A stretch of 64,000 bases of DNA from Negativicutes bacterium (GCA_963665275.2 CAXXIN010000019.1:128001-192000), one strand, 5' to 3'. Counted from the stretch's first letter, positions 22,600-32,978 are shown. Numbers and translations are program-made. The notes: generated from the letters alone by a model not told the origin.

Positions 22600-22635
22600 A
22601 AAAAAGCTGTGCCGAAACTTACGTTTCGGCACAGC
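22600..22635 (-). terminator. Rho-independent terminator after hpf
   Basis: GCTGTGCCGAAAC/GTTTCGGCACAGC stem followed by U-tract on the minus strand. Confidence 0.8.
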
Positions 22636-22674
22636 CCTTATTGGTTCAAGTTACGTCTGAGGTTCTTTCACCGG

Positions 22675-23203
22675 CTAAAATTCCGGCTCCAGAAGACCAT
22701 AGTGTCCATCCTTGCGGCGATAAACCAGATTCACCTGTTCCGACTCGATATTCAGAAACATGAAGAAATCGTGGTTCAGCAGATTCATCTGCAGAATTGC
22801 CTCTTCGGAATCCATCGGTTTGACCGCGAATCGTTTGCTCCTCACGAGAGTTTCCTCTTCGACATCCGGCACGGCCACCGCTTGAGGCCACATCGGCCCG
22901 GAATCCAGCGCCACGGAAGCGCTTCTCCAATTTGGTCTTGTGTTTTTCGATCTGTTTCTCGAGTTTGTCCATGACCTGGTCGATGGACGCATACATATCG
23001 GTAGTGGATTCTTCACCTCGAAGCAGGATTCCGTCGACAGGAACAGTAACTTCCACCTGATGACGGCCTTTTTCTACCCGGAGAATCACCGAAATGTCTC
23101 CTGTCTTGTCAAAATACTTCGTAACTTTTTTTACGCGTTTTTCCACATAATCTTTCAATGCAGGCGTAATGTCGAGATTTTTGCCGCGTACGTTAATAGC
23201 CAT
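22675..23203 (-). CDS. hpf: Long-form ribosome hibernation promoting factor (HPF/RaiA), apparent single-base frameshift near 22885
   Basis: N-domain [30 protein letters not shown] and C-domain [38 protein letters not shown] are in different frames. Confidence 0.9.
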
Positions 23204-23288
23204 AAGACTCAGATCTCCTTTCCTGATCTATAGTACTATTAATTCGCCATCACTCGCCAAAACTCCTGCGAAAAATGAACGATCCCGT

Positions 23289-23486
23289 CTATAACTTTAC
23301 CACATGCGTAGCTTCCGGGTGATCCTCCGGAGACAGCACTTCATAGGCAACCGGTTGCCCAGCCTCCAGGCAGCGAAAGCCTCGCGCCTCGATGGCCGAA
23401 TAGTGCACGAATAGATCTTGTCCGTCCGCTTGCTGGATAAATCCGTACCCCCGCTCCGAACTGAACCATTTTACTTTTCCAGTCAT
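23289..23486 (-). CDS. Cold-shock domain protein
   Basis: MTGKVKWFSSERGYGFI..DLFVHYSAI. Confidence 0.9.
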   Translation of the reverse strand: MTGKVKWFSSERGYGFIQQADGQDLFVHYSAIEARGFRCLEAGQPVAYEVLSPEDHPEATHVVKL

Positions 23487-23765
23487 TAAATCTCCTCCTG
23501 TACAAATAAAATACCGACCGCGTAAAGCAGCCGGCACTTAAAAGTATAGACCACCTGGGAAGCAGTGGTAAACTCGGATATTTTCCCATATGTTTTTCTC
23601 AGGCCATATTCGAAGGACTTGTGAGGGTTTTACTGACCAAAAACACCTTATTCTTGGAAATTTCTATGAACCCGGGATAATAGAATTTTCGATATAAAAA
23701 AGTCCGGACAATAGAGTCCGGACAGTAAATGCATTCATTAGGTAAGAAAAAGTTGAGTTCGCAGA

Positions 23766-24059
23766 TTACCCGCGGCTCGAGGTGAAGCAATCCCGGCACA
23801 GAATCGGCCGATCGTTGCGAGGTTTGAACGGAACTTGAGTCTCCGCTCCACACTGTGCGCATACGGCGTCATACATTTCGCGGGGTCCTGACGATGCTCC
23901 GCCACCATCGCGGCTGCGTTTCCGTACATCGCGGCAGTCTTTGCAACGGACCGGCTCATTCTCGAAGCCTTTTTCCGCATAGAATTGTTGTTCGCCGACG
24001 GTGAATACGAAGTCTTTGCCGCAGTCCTTGCACTTGAGTGTTTTGTCTTCGAAAGCCAT
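23766..24059 (-). CDS. Zinc-ribbon + CxxC-x17-CxxC domain protein
   Basis: DKTLKCKDCG..FTVGEQQFYAEKGF..P.RCKDCR and CAQCG..VPFKP..RPILCRDC. Confidence 0.85.
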   Translation of the reverse strand: MAFEDKTLKCKDCGKDFVFTVGEQQFYAEKGFENEPVRCKDCRDVRKRSRDGGGASSGPREMYDAVCAQCGAETQVPFKPRNDRPILCRDCFTSSRG

Positions 24060-24097
24060 TAACCCAATCCCCTCACCTTGTTCGAAATTAAAGGACC

Positions 24098-24303
24098 TTG
24101 CTTAGCCGACCTGGTCTTTTACCCCACACTCGCCTGCTGGAAGGTTCGCTACCCCGGAATAATCCTCTCACTACTACTTCTCTCGGATCGGAATCCGGCA
24201 GGACTTATTTCTAAGCCGCACCATGCTCAAGGCCGCTTTGGGCCCCTTACGTGGATCGTTTCGCCTGCGACTGGCATCGATTTTCAACCACGGACCTAAG
24301 CAA
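24098..24303 (-). ncRNA. raiA motif RNA
   Basis: Minus strand carries raiA-motif blocks GTGGTTGAAA-TCGATGCCAGTCGCAGGC-AAACGATCCACGTAAG, GAGCATGGTGCGGCTTAGAA, CCAGCAGGCGAGTGTGGGGT-AAAGACCAGGTC closed by a TTGCTTAG/CTAAGCAA stem; upstream of hpf (raiA); TTGCTT-N18-TATAAT promoter at 24350-24321. Confidence 0.9.
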
Positions 24304-24371
24304 AAGTTCTTTACAAAACAATTATATATCAGTTCTTCCAAATAAAGCAAGAAGAAGTGTGAAAATTATAT

Positions 24372-25502
24372 TTATACTGCCAGATCGATTTGCTGCATGA
24401 CGCCGGCAGTCCCGTTCTCCCGCAGGAACATCCCGCTGCGCCGGACTTGTCCCTGTAGGTCGTTGGCGGCATCCTTCACCGCAAATTCCGTGCTGACGTT
24501 CCCCAGATAGATCGCGCCGACGCCCGCCTGACCCAGCGCAACCAGCTGATCCTGGCCCGACTCGTCTTTCGTCCAGATCCGCAGTTTGTCGAAAATAGCG
24601 TCGTTCTCATCAATCCAGTTGTTGCCATCTCCGTCGAGCTGCGCCAGATCCGAGAACCCATTGCCGCTCTCCGGTCCGAACAATTCGCCGCCGTCGTTGA
24701 TCTTGCCATCGTTGTTGCGGTCAAGGGCCAAAAAGCCGCTGCCTGCTCCCGCGAACGAAATCTGCTCGGCGCTGCCATCTGAATCAATATCGAAACTGTA
24801 TTTCTGGTCCGTGAGCGTTCCCGGCGCGCCCGACAGGTTAATCACCAATGGATCGACCGGTTGGTCCCCTGCCCGCACACTTATATCCAGCCGCGATTCG
24901 AACTGTCGGCTCATCGACACATCCATCGCGAAGTTGATCTGGCGACCGTCCGCCGTCTTCACCACGCCAGAAGTCTGCATCGTAGTTGTTTCCTGCTCGG
25001 TGCGCGTCTGGTGCAGATCGTAGGAGAGGCCCCAGCCGAAATGCTTCGCAGGCGCAGCCTGAATGGTCTGCACCGCTGTTCCATTGGTCCCCTGCTGTGA
25101 AAAGTTGACCGCCGCTTGTTTATTAGCCCACGCGCTGGGATCCAGCACGCGCAGCTTCACCTTTTTGCCTGTCAGCATCTCAATCATTCTTTCGATCAGG
25201 GCGACTTTCTGTTGGTCCGCATCGCTTAGCTCATACACGGATGCCGTCCGGGTCCCGGCAACCGATTGCCCTTCCTGAGACTGCACCTGAATACTCGCCT
25301 GCACCTGTGACTGCACCTGTGACTGTGACTGCTCCGCCCAGAGGCTCTGCGCTTGGGCGGAAATTTTCAGCTGGTCCTGTCGGGTTGTCAGTTCCTGAGT
25401 CGGCTGCCCATCCCGCCAAGTTTTCAGCGACTCTTGCCGGCTTTCCTGTTCGACGAGACTGTGCTGACCGGCCATAGACATATTTGAACTGGTAATAATC
25501 AT
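24372..25502 (-). CDS. Conserved hypothetical protein with Dx[DN]xDG-type repeats, end of fliDST cluster
   Basis: DPLVINL, FDIDSDG, GSGFLALDRNNDGKINDGGELFG, DGDGNNWIDEND motifs; no Sec signal visible. Confidence 0.8.
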   Translation of the reverse strand: MIITSSNMSMAGQHSLVEQESRQESLKTWRDGQPTQELTTRQDQLKISAQAQSLWAEQSQSQVQSQVQASIQVQSQEGQSVAGTRTASVYELSDADQQKVALIERMIEMLTGKKVKLRVLDPSAWANKQAAVNFSQQGTNGTAVQTIQAAPAKHFGWGLSYDLHQTRTEQETTTMQTSGVVKTADGRQINFAMDVSMSRQFESRLDISVRAGDQPVDPLVINLSGAPGTLTDQKYSFDIDSDGSAEQISFAGAGSGFLALDRNNDGKINDGGELFGPESGNGFSDLAQLDGDGNNWIDENDAIFDKLRIWTKDESGQDQLVALGQAGVGAIYLGNVSTEFAVKDAANDLQGQVRRSGMFLRENGTAGVMQQIDLAV

Positions 25503-25563
25503 CGCTATGCCCTCCTTGGTTTTCTTCACGGGGTAATCCTTCACCCCGTACTTGCAGATTCTG

Positions 25564-25911
25564 TTAGCTTCCCCGATTCATCAGGCTGCCCGCCGGAACC
25601 GCGGAAAAAGAGTCGTACGCATCGACAATGCGCTGTTGAATATGCGCCTGATTGGTCATCAATCGCAATCGTTGGGCAACGGCCTGTTCATCAACCTGGA
25701 TCGCCAGAAGTAAGGCCCGGCCCTTGGGAGAAGCGGCAAAACTGCTGTTGCCACAGTCTTCGATCAGTCTCTGCATCGCTTCACGTTGATCCATCAACGT
25801 GAAGAACATATCCCAATCCTGACGCACAACAAACTTAGCCATCTCCCTGGTTAGAAATGCATAATCTTGCCACAAAGCTTCCGAACTTTGACTCCTATCA
25901 AAAATTGTCAT
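25564..25911 (-). CDS. FliT-like flagellar protein
   Basis: Small helical protein directly after fliS, W.MF..LMDQRE pattern. Confidence 0.6.
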   Translation of the reverse strand: MTIFDRSQSSEALWQDYAFLTREMAKFVVRQDWDMFFTLMDQREAMQRLIEDCGNSSFAASPKGRALLLAIQVDEQAVAQRLRLMTNQAHIQQRIVDAYDSFSAVPAGSLMNRGS

Positions 25912-25912
25912 A

Positions 25913-26305
25913 TCACTTACCGACCGCTTCGGGAATCCGAGCCGCCTTCATTGCCTGATGCCATGCATCGCGAAGTTCCGTGAGCAAGCCACGGGCCTCT
26001 ATCAACATATCCTTATCTTTCTTTAGATTCGCCTGAACCAATCGATAGTGAATGTACTCGTACAAAGCCGCCCAGTTTTGGGAAATCTCGTACTGCATAT
26101 CCAATGTGTAAATAAATTCACGAACTATATCCTGCGCCCGCAGGTTGGCGGTATGGCTTTTATTCAAATCATCGTTTTCCAGTGCCATGATGCTTTCACT
26201 GGCAAAACGGATCGCACCGTTATACAGCATGAGAGTCAGTTCGGCAGGCGATGCCGTCATGATCTGCTGGTTTTTATATGCCATAGCGGATGCTTTTGCG
26301 TCCAT
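25913..26305 (-). CDS. fliS: Flagellar export chaperone FliS
   Basis: YKNQQIMTASPAELTLMLYNGAIRF..LRDAW. Confidence 0.95.
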   Translation of the reverse strand: MDAKASAMAYKNQQIMTASPAELTLMLYNGAIRFASESIMALENDDLNKSHTANLRAQDIVREFIYTLDMQYEISQNWAALYEYIHYRLVQANLKKDKDMLIEARGLLTELRDAWHQAMKAARIPEAVGK

Positions 26306-26360
26306 CACAATTCTCCTCACCCATTCCGATACTTAAAACCTCAGATTAACCTTATCCGGG

Positions 26361-27861
26361 TCAAGAACTACTCGAATTGGTACCCAATTGTTGCTGTAAC
26401 CAGCTGCTTTGGTTCGTAAGTTTGGTCAACGCAACCTCCATTGCATCAAACTGTTTGTAATAACGATCCTCAATCGCCGTGAGACGGGTATTCAGGTTGT
26501 ACATATCCTTGGTATAGGTATTGATTTTTTTTGCAAGACTGCTTTTGCTATCGTCGGAAGCGGATGCGCTGATGCCGGCCTCGGAGACAATACTATCCAT
26601 CGCCACCTTCAAGCTATCATACATACGAACCGATATTCCCTGCTCACTACTGCTTTCACCAGTCTTTCCGAATACATTTTTGACTGCGTCCGAATCAGCT
26701 GCCAGCGCTGTCCGCAATTTGCTTTCATCCAGATACAGTTTTCCGCCTTCGGTGTAGGTTCCTGTCGTGATCCCGATCGCAGAGGCCGAATTATACTGGC
26801 CGGAAACCCCCGACACAGGCGTGGATAGATTGCCTCTCACCTTATCGACCATTTGGCGGAGAATCGGATCATTTCGCAGCAACCCGCTTTTTGCCTTTGC
26901 TTCCCAAGCTGTGATATCCGCTTCCTTCATATCTGTTTTTTGCGTGTCGGTCAAGGGAGTATAATCTTTATACTTTGTTTCCCCAATTGCGGTATTCACC
27001 TTTTCCAGCAGTGCATTATAGGACTCGACATAAGCTTTGACATTAGCTACTGTTGTATCAATGTCCGAAGAAACCGCAACTTTTACAGGTGTTGCAGCCG
27101 ACCCACCGACCGATTTCAACGAATAGTTTACACCGGAAATGGTAAAGTCATTCGTTGATTTTGTGAGAGCAACTCCATCCAGACTGAATGAGGCATCCGA
27201 TCCAGTAGCAGCAGTCGTAGAGATTTTTAGGTTATTAGCCAAAAAATCCGTTCCGGCAACGTCACTACCGGCAAAACTGATCCCCGATGCAAGCACCGGT
27301 GTCCTTAGTTGAGAGGAAAAAGCGGTCAAGAGTTGCATCATAGCTGGCAGACACGTTGGTTCCCGAATTATTGATGCTGCTGACCAACTCATAGATACTC
27401 TTGCTCGAATCCACCCGCAATACTTTTTGTTGCTGTACCGTTGGTAATACTTATGTTAAAGGTCCCACTGATACCAAATTGATTGGCTAGCGTGTCTTTT
27501 ACCGTACCTGTTGTAATAGCCGCACTGCTTGTTTTTTTCACCCCATTCGGCCAATGCGGTTTACAACCAGGTCGTGGCTAAGATCGGCAGCCTCAGCATT
27601 CGCTTTGACCGTGACAACCGCCTCATTGCTGGACGCAGCCTTTTTCGGCGCTAACGTAGACTCCAGTTTGTTGTTGAAAACCTTGGTCCGGAATTCACTG
27701 ATCGCTTTGTACATCGTGTTGTAACTGGCTTTTTTCCATTCCAGTTGCGTCTTTTGCGAATACATTTTGTCGTATGGCACCCGACGGGCCGTCATTAAGC
27801 TTTTAACGGTTGATTCTATATCCAATCCAGATGATCCGAGATTCGAAATTCGTGTCGTCAT
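26361..27861 (-). CDS. fliD: Flagellar filament cap FliD, broken by several indels at ~27300-27560
   Basis: N-term SGLDIESTVKSLM..LEWKK; C-term Y.PLTD..WEAKAKSGLLRND..YYKQFDAME; intervening FliD sequence readable in shifted frames. Confidence 0.9.
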
Positions 27862-27888
27862 AATGTTTTCTCCTTTCCCCCTGCTGAA

Positions 27889-28293
27889 TCAGACTTTTTT
27901 ATCCAGCAAGGCTCCTACCTGTTCGCTGATGGCCGCAATGGTATCCAGCAATTCATGCGAAGGAAACTCCTTCACAACTGCCCCTTTCGAATCTTTAACC
28001 TGAACCATCAATCGGCCGGTTTTTTCATGAATGGAAAAGCTGATATCCGTATTGAGGTTTTGCATGAACTTATTTAGCTCAGCCGTGACATTCTCCAGTT
28101 CAGCTCTACTCAATACCTTCTGCCGGCTGCCTTGTTCCGAATATTTTGCCGTATCCGTACCGGATTTAAGTTTGGTATCAGCCGTCGAGTTTACGGCTTC
28201 GGGGGCACTCGTGACAGATATTCCATTTTTTTGAACAGTACCAGAGTATGAGCCCACGCCAGCATCCTGCAGCGTCCCGAGATTCACATCCAT
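27889..28293 (-). CDS. flaG: Flagellar protein FlaG
   Basis: LNTDISFSIHEKTGRLMVQVKD..VKEFPS.ELLD..GALLDKKV. Confidence 0.9.
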   Translation of the reverse strand: MDVNLGTLQDAGVGSYSGTVQKNGISVTSAPEAVNSTADTKLKSGTDTAKYSEQGSRQKVLSRAELENVTAELNKFMQNLNTDISFSIHEKTGRLMVQVKDSKGAVVKEFPSHELLDTIAAISEQVGALLDKKV

Positions 28294-28353
28294 GTAAATC
28301 ACCTCAACTTAATTATTTGCGATTCCCATATGAATATATGGATTTCATTTATT

Positions 28354-28381
28354 GTATCGGCATTACTATGCTTTTTCTTTA
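28354..28381 (-). promoter_or_regulatory. Sigma-28 (FliA/SigD) promoter TAAA-N16-GCCGATAC for flaG-fliDST
   Basis: Near-consensus match. Confidence 0.8.
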
Positions 28382-28467
28382 GCACTTTTTCCAAATTTTT
28401 AAATATTTTTTCGACGCAAACATTTTTGTATAAAAGAACCGGCAGCAAAGTGCCGATTCTTCATTTC

Positions 28468-28667
28468 TTATGCTTGAATGTCAATCGACGCTCCTAAAAA
28501 GGGTTGAACCGAACGTTTCCATGGTTTTAACCGATTCCCCAACTAGTGCTGCAATCTGTTCGCCCTGATTCGTTGCAACGTCCATGGCCATCTTCATAAC
28601 TGACAAACCAACCTGTTGCTGAACTTTCCCTTGATTCAGCAGCACCGACATGGCCTGCGATATCCAT
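28468..28667 (-). CDS. YjfB-family putative motility protein (two apparent 1-base insertions)
   Basis: MDIA.MSVLLNQGKVQQQVGLSVMKMAMD...SVQPFLGASIDIQA after correcting frames; GGAGG RBS. Confidence 0.75.
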
Positions 28668-28740
28668 CGGATCACCTCCTTAAAAAAACAAAATATGAAG
28701 ATCTGTTTCCTATCATTTTGAACTACAAGAGTAAATGCAA

Positions 28741-29393
28741 CTAAATTCGAAGAAATTTTTTCCAAGATCTTTAATCCAATCAACCCACTTTTCTCCGGGT
28801 GAAACTGACACCCATACATTTTATTTTTGCGAATCGCCGCTACTATCTCATGCCCGCCATAACTACATTCTGCCAATCGACAACTTGCATCAACCGGAAT
28901 AGACGCGAACGAATGAACAAAATAAACCGCATTCATCGCCCTGGTTCCTTCCAGAATAGTACCTCTCCAGCAATCAGATCCTTGGTCAGCGGGAATGTGG
29001 AGACAATTCCAACCAACCTGCGGAACCCTGAGAGGCTCCCCTTGAACCGTGGTATCTGGAATACGGGTAACTTTTCCGGCTATGAGACCCCAGTCCCTTG
29101 TGCTCTCCAAACTCTTCGCCGACCTCCATCATCATCTGCATACCGAGGCAAATTCCCAAGAAAGGACGGCCTGTTGCGACATATCGAAGAATGGGTTCGA
29201 TCAACCCGGCGCTTCGCAGACCTTCCATCCCGTCGGCAAAAGCACCTACTCCCGGCAACACCAATCGTTCAGATTCCTCAATCGCCTGCGGCGAATCGGT
29301 CTGCAGCACCTCACTGCCAAGATGTTCAAAAGCCTGGCAAACGCTTCGCAGATTGCCGATTCCATAATCGATTATCGTAACGGTTGACGTCAT
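28741..29393 (-). CDS. HisH-like glutamine amidotransferase of the glycan locus (frameshifted)
   Basis: IIDYGIGNL, LPGVGAF, GICLGMQ, YFVHSF, QFHPEKS in alternating frames. Confidence 0.85.
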
Positions 29394-30159
29394 GTTTCCA
29401 TACTCCCTTACCGAAATCCCGGCATCAGTACAGGCACGCCTGATGTCAGAGATCGAATGCTTATCATAATGCAGAACATGCGCCATCGCCACCGCATCTG
29501 CCCGGCCCTCCAGAACAGCTGCAACCAAATGTTCCGGCCGTCCCCATGCCGCCGCTGGCAATCACCGGGATCGGGACTCTTCCGACGATGCTTCGAATCA
29601 GCTCGCAGTCAAATCCTTTCGCGGTTCCTTCCTGATCGACCGAGGTAAGCAATATCTCCCCTGCTCCGAGCTCGTATCCGCGGCAGGCCCATTCAACAGC
29701 ATCCTGTCCCGTTTTTTCCCGTCCGTTGTCGCAATAAGCTTCCCACCGGGACTCCCCGACCTTTTTGGCTTCAATGGACAGCACCATGCACTGGGAGCCG
29801 AACTTTTGGGATATCTCCCGCACCAATGCAGGACGTTTGATAGCTGCTGTGTTAATTGCAATCTTATCGGCGCCGGCCCGTAGAACTTCACGCGTATCCT
29901 CAATTGATCGAATCCCGCCGCCGACAGTAATCGGGATGAACACTTCCTCCGTCGCCCTGCGGACGATTTCCAAAAGACTGTTCCGCCCATACAGGCTTGC
30001 GACACTATCCATGTAGATGATTTCGTCAATTCCCTCTTCGTAATATTTCCTGGCCAGCTCATTGGGGTCGCCAACCTTGCGCAATCCCTCCAGATGAACG
30101 CCCTTGATTACGCTAGATCCTTTAACATCCAGTCGTGCGATAAGTCGGACATTTTCCAT
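29390..30159 (-). CDS. HisF-like cyclase of the glycan locus (frameshift near 29545)
   Basis: IARLDVK, PITVGGGIRS, GAGEILLTSVDQEGT, VIASGG. Confidence 0.85.
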
Positions 30160-31121
30160 CAAAGCGCCTTCTTTTTGCCGACAAACAAAAATTCAGTCGG
30201 CTGAAGCATTCCGAGTTTGCAAAGTTTTCCATCTGTATCCCGAAGATAACGGGCCAACAAATTGTTGGTAGCCTGGCCAAAGCGCAACCCGCCGATCATT
30301 TCATGGAAAAAGGCATACCGTTCCTGGTATTCCAGCTCACTAAACGATTCCAGGAGCGCTGCATACATTTCCTTGTGCCCCGCGTCGTTATCATGCGCAG
30401 ACTGCACATTTTCTCCGCTCTCGTCTTCATATTTCATCTCGCGATATATTTGGGAAATTTCCTTTTCATGTACGGTAATATCTGCTGGAATCGGAGTTTC
30501 CTGATAATATCCCTTTCCGGCGGATAGAATTACCCGCAAAAGATGGATAAAAGTCGCATTTCCTTCGGTCATGCGATCGCGGGTCGGTTCGTGGGCCACG
30601 ACAATGCCCTCGGATCCCAACACCCGTTCCACTTCTGCCATCACTTTTCGCTGGTCGGCAAAATGGTGCAACGACCCCAGAAAAACAACAGCATCAAAAC
30701 TGCCGTCCGCAAAACCCGATTGAAAAAAATCACCGGCTATATATTCCAAAGCTCCCCGGCTTTCCAGCCATGGATCGCTTTGAGCCTGTTTCATTGCCAC
30801 ATTGATGCAATCCGAAGAAAGATCCAGTCCGGTCACTCGATAACCAAGCCGGGCCAACTCCAAAGAAAGCCAGCCGGGACCGCATCCCACTTCCAGCACG
30901 CGCAACGGTTTCGCCTGCAGACACTGCCGGCGTCGAAGCACAGAACCAATCAAATCGAGTTGTTCCCCCATATCGATTTTCACGTATTCCGGATGGCGCC
31001 AGGAGTTGTTATAAAAATATTCACAGGGCTGTGTAAGACGGATATCCGGAATATGACCCTGTCGTATCCGTTCTGCAATCTGGCTATCGAATGCTTGCGC
31101 TTCCCGATCCAGCTCTTCCAT
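30159..31121 (-). CDS. Class I SAM-dependent methyltransferase
   Basis: VLEVGCGPG, GLDLS, FDAVV..SLHH. Confidence 0.85.
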   Translation of the reverse strand: MEELDREAQAFDSQIAERIRQGHIPDIRLTQPCEYFYNNSWRHPEYVKIDMGEQLDLIGSVLRRRQCLQAKPLRVLEVGCGPGWLSLELARLGYRVTGLDLSSDCINVAMKQAQSDPWLESRGALEYIAGDFFQSGFADGSFDAVVFLGSLHHFADQRKVMAEVERVLGSEGIVVAHEPTRDRMTEGNATFIHLLRVILSAGKGYYQETPIPADITVHEKEISQIYREMKYEDESGENVQSAHDNDAGHKEMYAALLESFSELEYQERYAFFHEMIGGLRFGQATNNLLARYLRDTDGKLCKLGMLQPTEFLFVGKKKAL

Positions 31122-31143
31122 GCCAACCCTCCTTTTGAATCTA

Positions 31144-31830
31144 TCAGTTGCGTCTATCCAGAAGGATGCCCGCCATGGACAAATCGGATTCGTCATCAAT
31201 ATCGATGCTGCTCTCCCGATTCATGATGTACGGATGAACCGGCGGCACAAAAAAAGCACCTTCTTTTAAAAACGCCGCGCTGGGCAACAGATAAATCGCG
31301 CCATTGGGCCGGTACATCCGCGGCAGTGTTTGTCGCGGCGCCTCCAGCGTCTCATAGTCAATCACCGGCATCCATTCATCCCCGCTTACCTTGAAACATT
31401 TATAAGGGTGATGCTCCATTTCCGTCATACTGACCGCAGACGTTTTTCCTGAAGCAAAAAACTGTTCGATCGCTTCCGTCAGATGACGGGCCGTCCGCAA
31501 CGGCGAAGTCGGTTGCAGCAAAACAAAATACTCCGGCAATCTCTGCTGGCTTTCGAGTTCTCCGAGCACTTGCCGAACGACATCCCTGCTGAGTGAAGTA
31601 TCTGTTGCCAGTGATGCGGGACGGTCCACGACCTCGGCGCCCCACTGGAGGCTCACGGTTTTAATCTCCGGATCTTCCGTGCTCACGATGCAGCGTTCAA
31701 TCAACGCGCACTCCAGCGCAGCCAAAATACTATGGGCAATCAGCGGTTTGCCGCACAATTGCCTGATGTTTTTTCGGGGCAACCCTTTGGATCCACCTCT
31801 GGCAGTGATGATCGCAACAACGGGTTTCAC
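31144..31830 (-). CDS. neuA: CMP-nonulosonate (acylneuraminate) cytidylyltransferase
   Basis: ARGGSKGLPRKN, LQPTSPLR, NGAIY, SIDID. Confidence 0.9.
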   Translation of the reverse strand: MKPVVAIITARGGSKGLPRKNIRQLCGKPLIAHSILAALECALIERCIVSTEDPEIKTVSLQWGAEVVDRPASLATDTSLSRDVVRQVLGELESQQRLPEYFVLLQPTSPLRTARHLTEAIEQFFASGKTSAVSMTEMEHHPYKCFKVSGDEWMPVIDYETLEAPRQTLPRMYRPNGAIYLLPSAAFLKEGAFFVPPVHPYIMNRESSIDIDDESDLSMAGILLDRRN

Positions 31831-32978
31831 TTTCCCGGTTTCGATGGAAGATCGCAAAACTGCTTCTGTTGTGTCGTTTTCCATAGTTCTTCCGTCCTCA
31901 GTGCTTCCAGAAATTGTTGAGCACTCTCTCCCTGCCCAAAGTGCAGGTTGCCGTATTCGGGTTCCATTGCGCGCGCCGCATCGATCGCACGACGAATCGC
32001 CTGCCGGTCGCCGTCGACATTTTGAATGCACGGATGCGTAAACCGGTTCTGTTGCCGTGTTCCTATATTAATGCAGGGAATCCCATATACAGGAGCTTCC
32101 CGCACACCCGCGCTGGAATTTCCGATGATAAAACGCGCATTCTTGAGCAGGGTGAGAAAGAATTCAAATCGCAGCGAGGGGAAAATTCGAAATCGCGGAT
32201 TTCCTTCCAGATGCTTATAAGCCGCGAAAATATCTTCGCAACCCATGTCATTGTTCGGGTAAATCACAACATATTTGAGGTCGCTGCCCAAGACCGCCTC
32301 TACCAGCTCATTGACCTGTTCGCGGATCATCACCTGCTCGGTGGTGACCGGATGAAACAGCAATATCGCATACTCGCCATAAGCAATATCGTAGTATTCC
32401 TTTACAGTCTCAAGTGCCGGCAGATCATGGGACAGCATGAGGTCAATGTCCGGCGATCCGATCACATGAATGGCCCCGGGATCTTCCCCCAGTTGTTTCA
32501 GGCGGTCTGCAGCCTCCTGATTGGCGACGAAATGCAGGTGAGAAAGTTTCGAGACGGAGTGGCGGATCAGTCCGTCAATCGTGCCGGAAATCTCACCGCC
32601 TTCAATGTGGGAAACCAGGATATTGTTCAGTGCGCCGACAATTGCTCCGGCCAGCGCCTCCACCCTGTCCCCGTGGACCACAATCATATCCGGCCGGTAC
32701 TCATTCACATAGCGCGACAACCCGGCGATGGTATTGGAAAGAACCAAATCCATCGGCTCGCCGATAATCTGGTTCATGAACACGTGAATGTTTCGGAAAC
32801 CCGCCTTGTAAACTTCATCGACTGTGTACCCGTAACGGGACAGCGTGTGCATCCCGGTCACAAAAATCGAATATTCAAATGTCGCATCATCAGCCACCGA
32901 TTGGATCAGCGATTTGAGTTTGCCAAAATCGGCGCGTGTTCCAGTCAAAAATAAGATTTTGCGGCGTTGGTCATCCAT
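31827..32978 (-). CDS. neuC: Hydrolysing UDP-GlcNAc 2-epimerase
   Basis: TGTRADFGKLK, HGDR.E, HIEGGE.SGTID, GNSSAG, GTRQ. Confidence 0.9.
   Translation of the reverse strand: MDDQRRKILFLTGTRADFGKLKSLIQSVADDATFEYSIFVTGMHTLSRYGYTVDEVYKAGFRNIHVFMNQIIGEPMDLVLSNTIAGLSRYVNEYRPDMIVVHGDRVEALAGAIVGALNNILVSHIEGGEISGTIDGLIRHSVSKLSHLHFVANQEAADRLKQLGEDPGAIHVIGSPDIDLMLSHDLPALETVKEYYDIAYGEYAILLFHPVTTEQVMIREQVNELVEAVLGSDLKYVVIYPNNDMGCEDIFAAYKHLEGNPRFRIFPSLRFEFFLTLLKNARFIIGNSSAGVREAPVYGIPCINIGTRQQNRFTHPCIQNVDGDRQAIRRAIDAARAMEPEYGNLHFGQGESAQQFLEALRTEELWKTTQQKQFCDLPSKPGK

Noticed and set aside
25280-25332. Short tandem CTGCACCTGTGA repeats
   Set aside because: Encodes a low-complexity SQVQ linker; in-frame and unremarkable.
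28741-30159. hisF/hisH as histidine biosynthesis genes
   Set aside because: They sit in a nonulosonate locus with a WbuX/PseA-type amidotransferase, the known context for glycan amidination paralogues.
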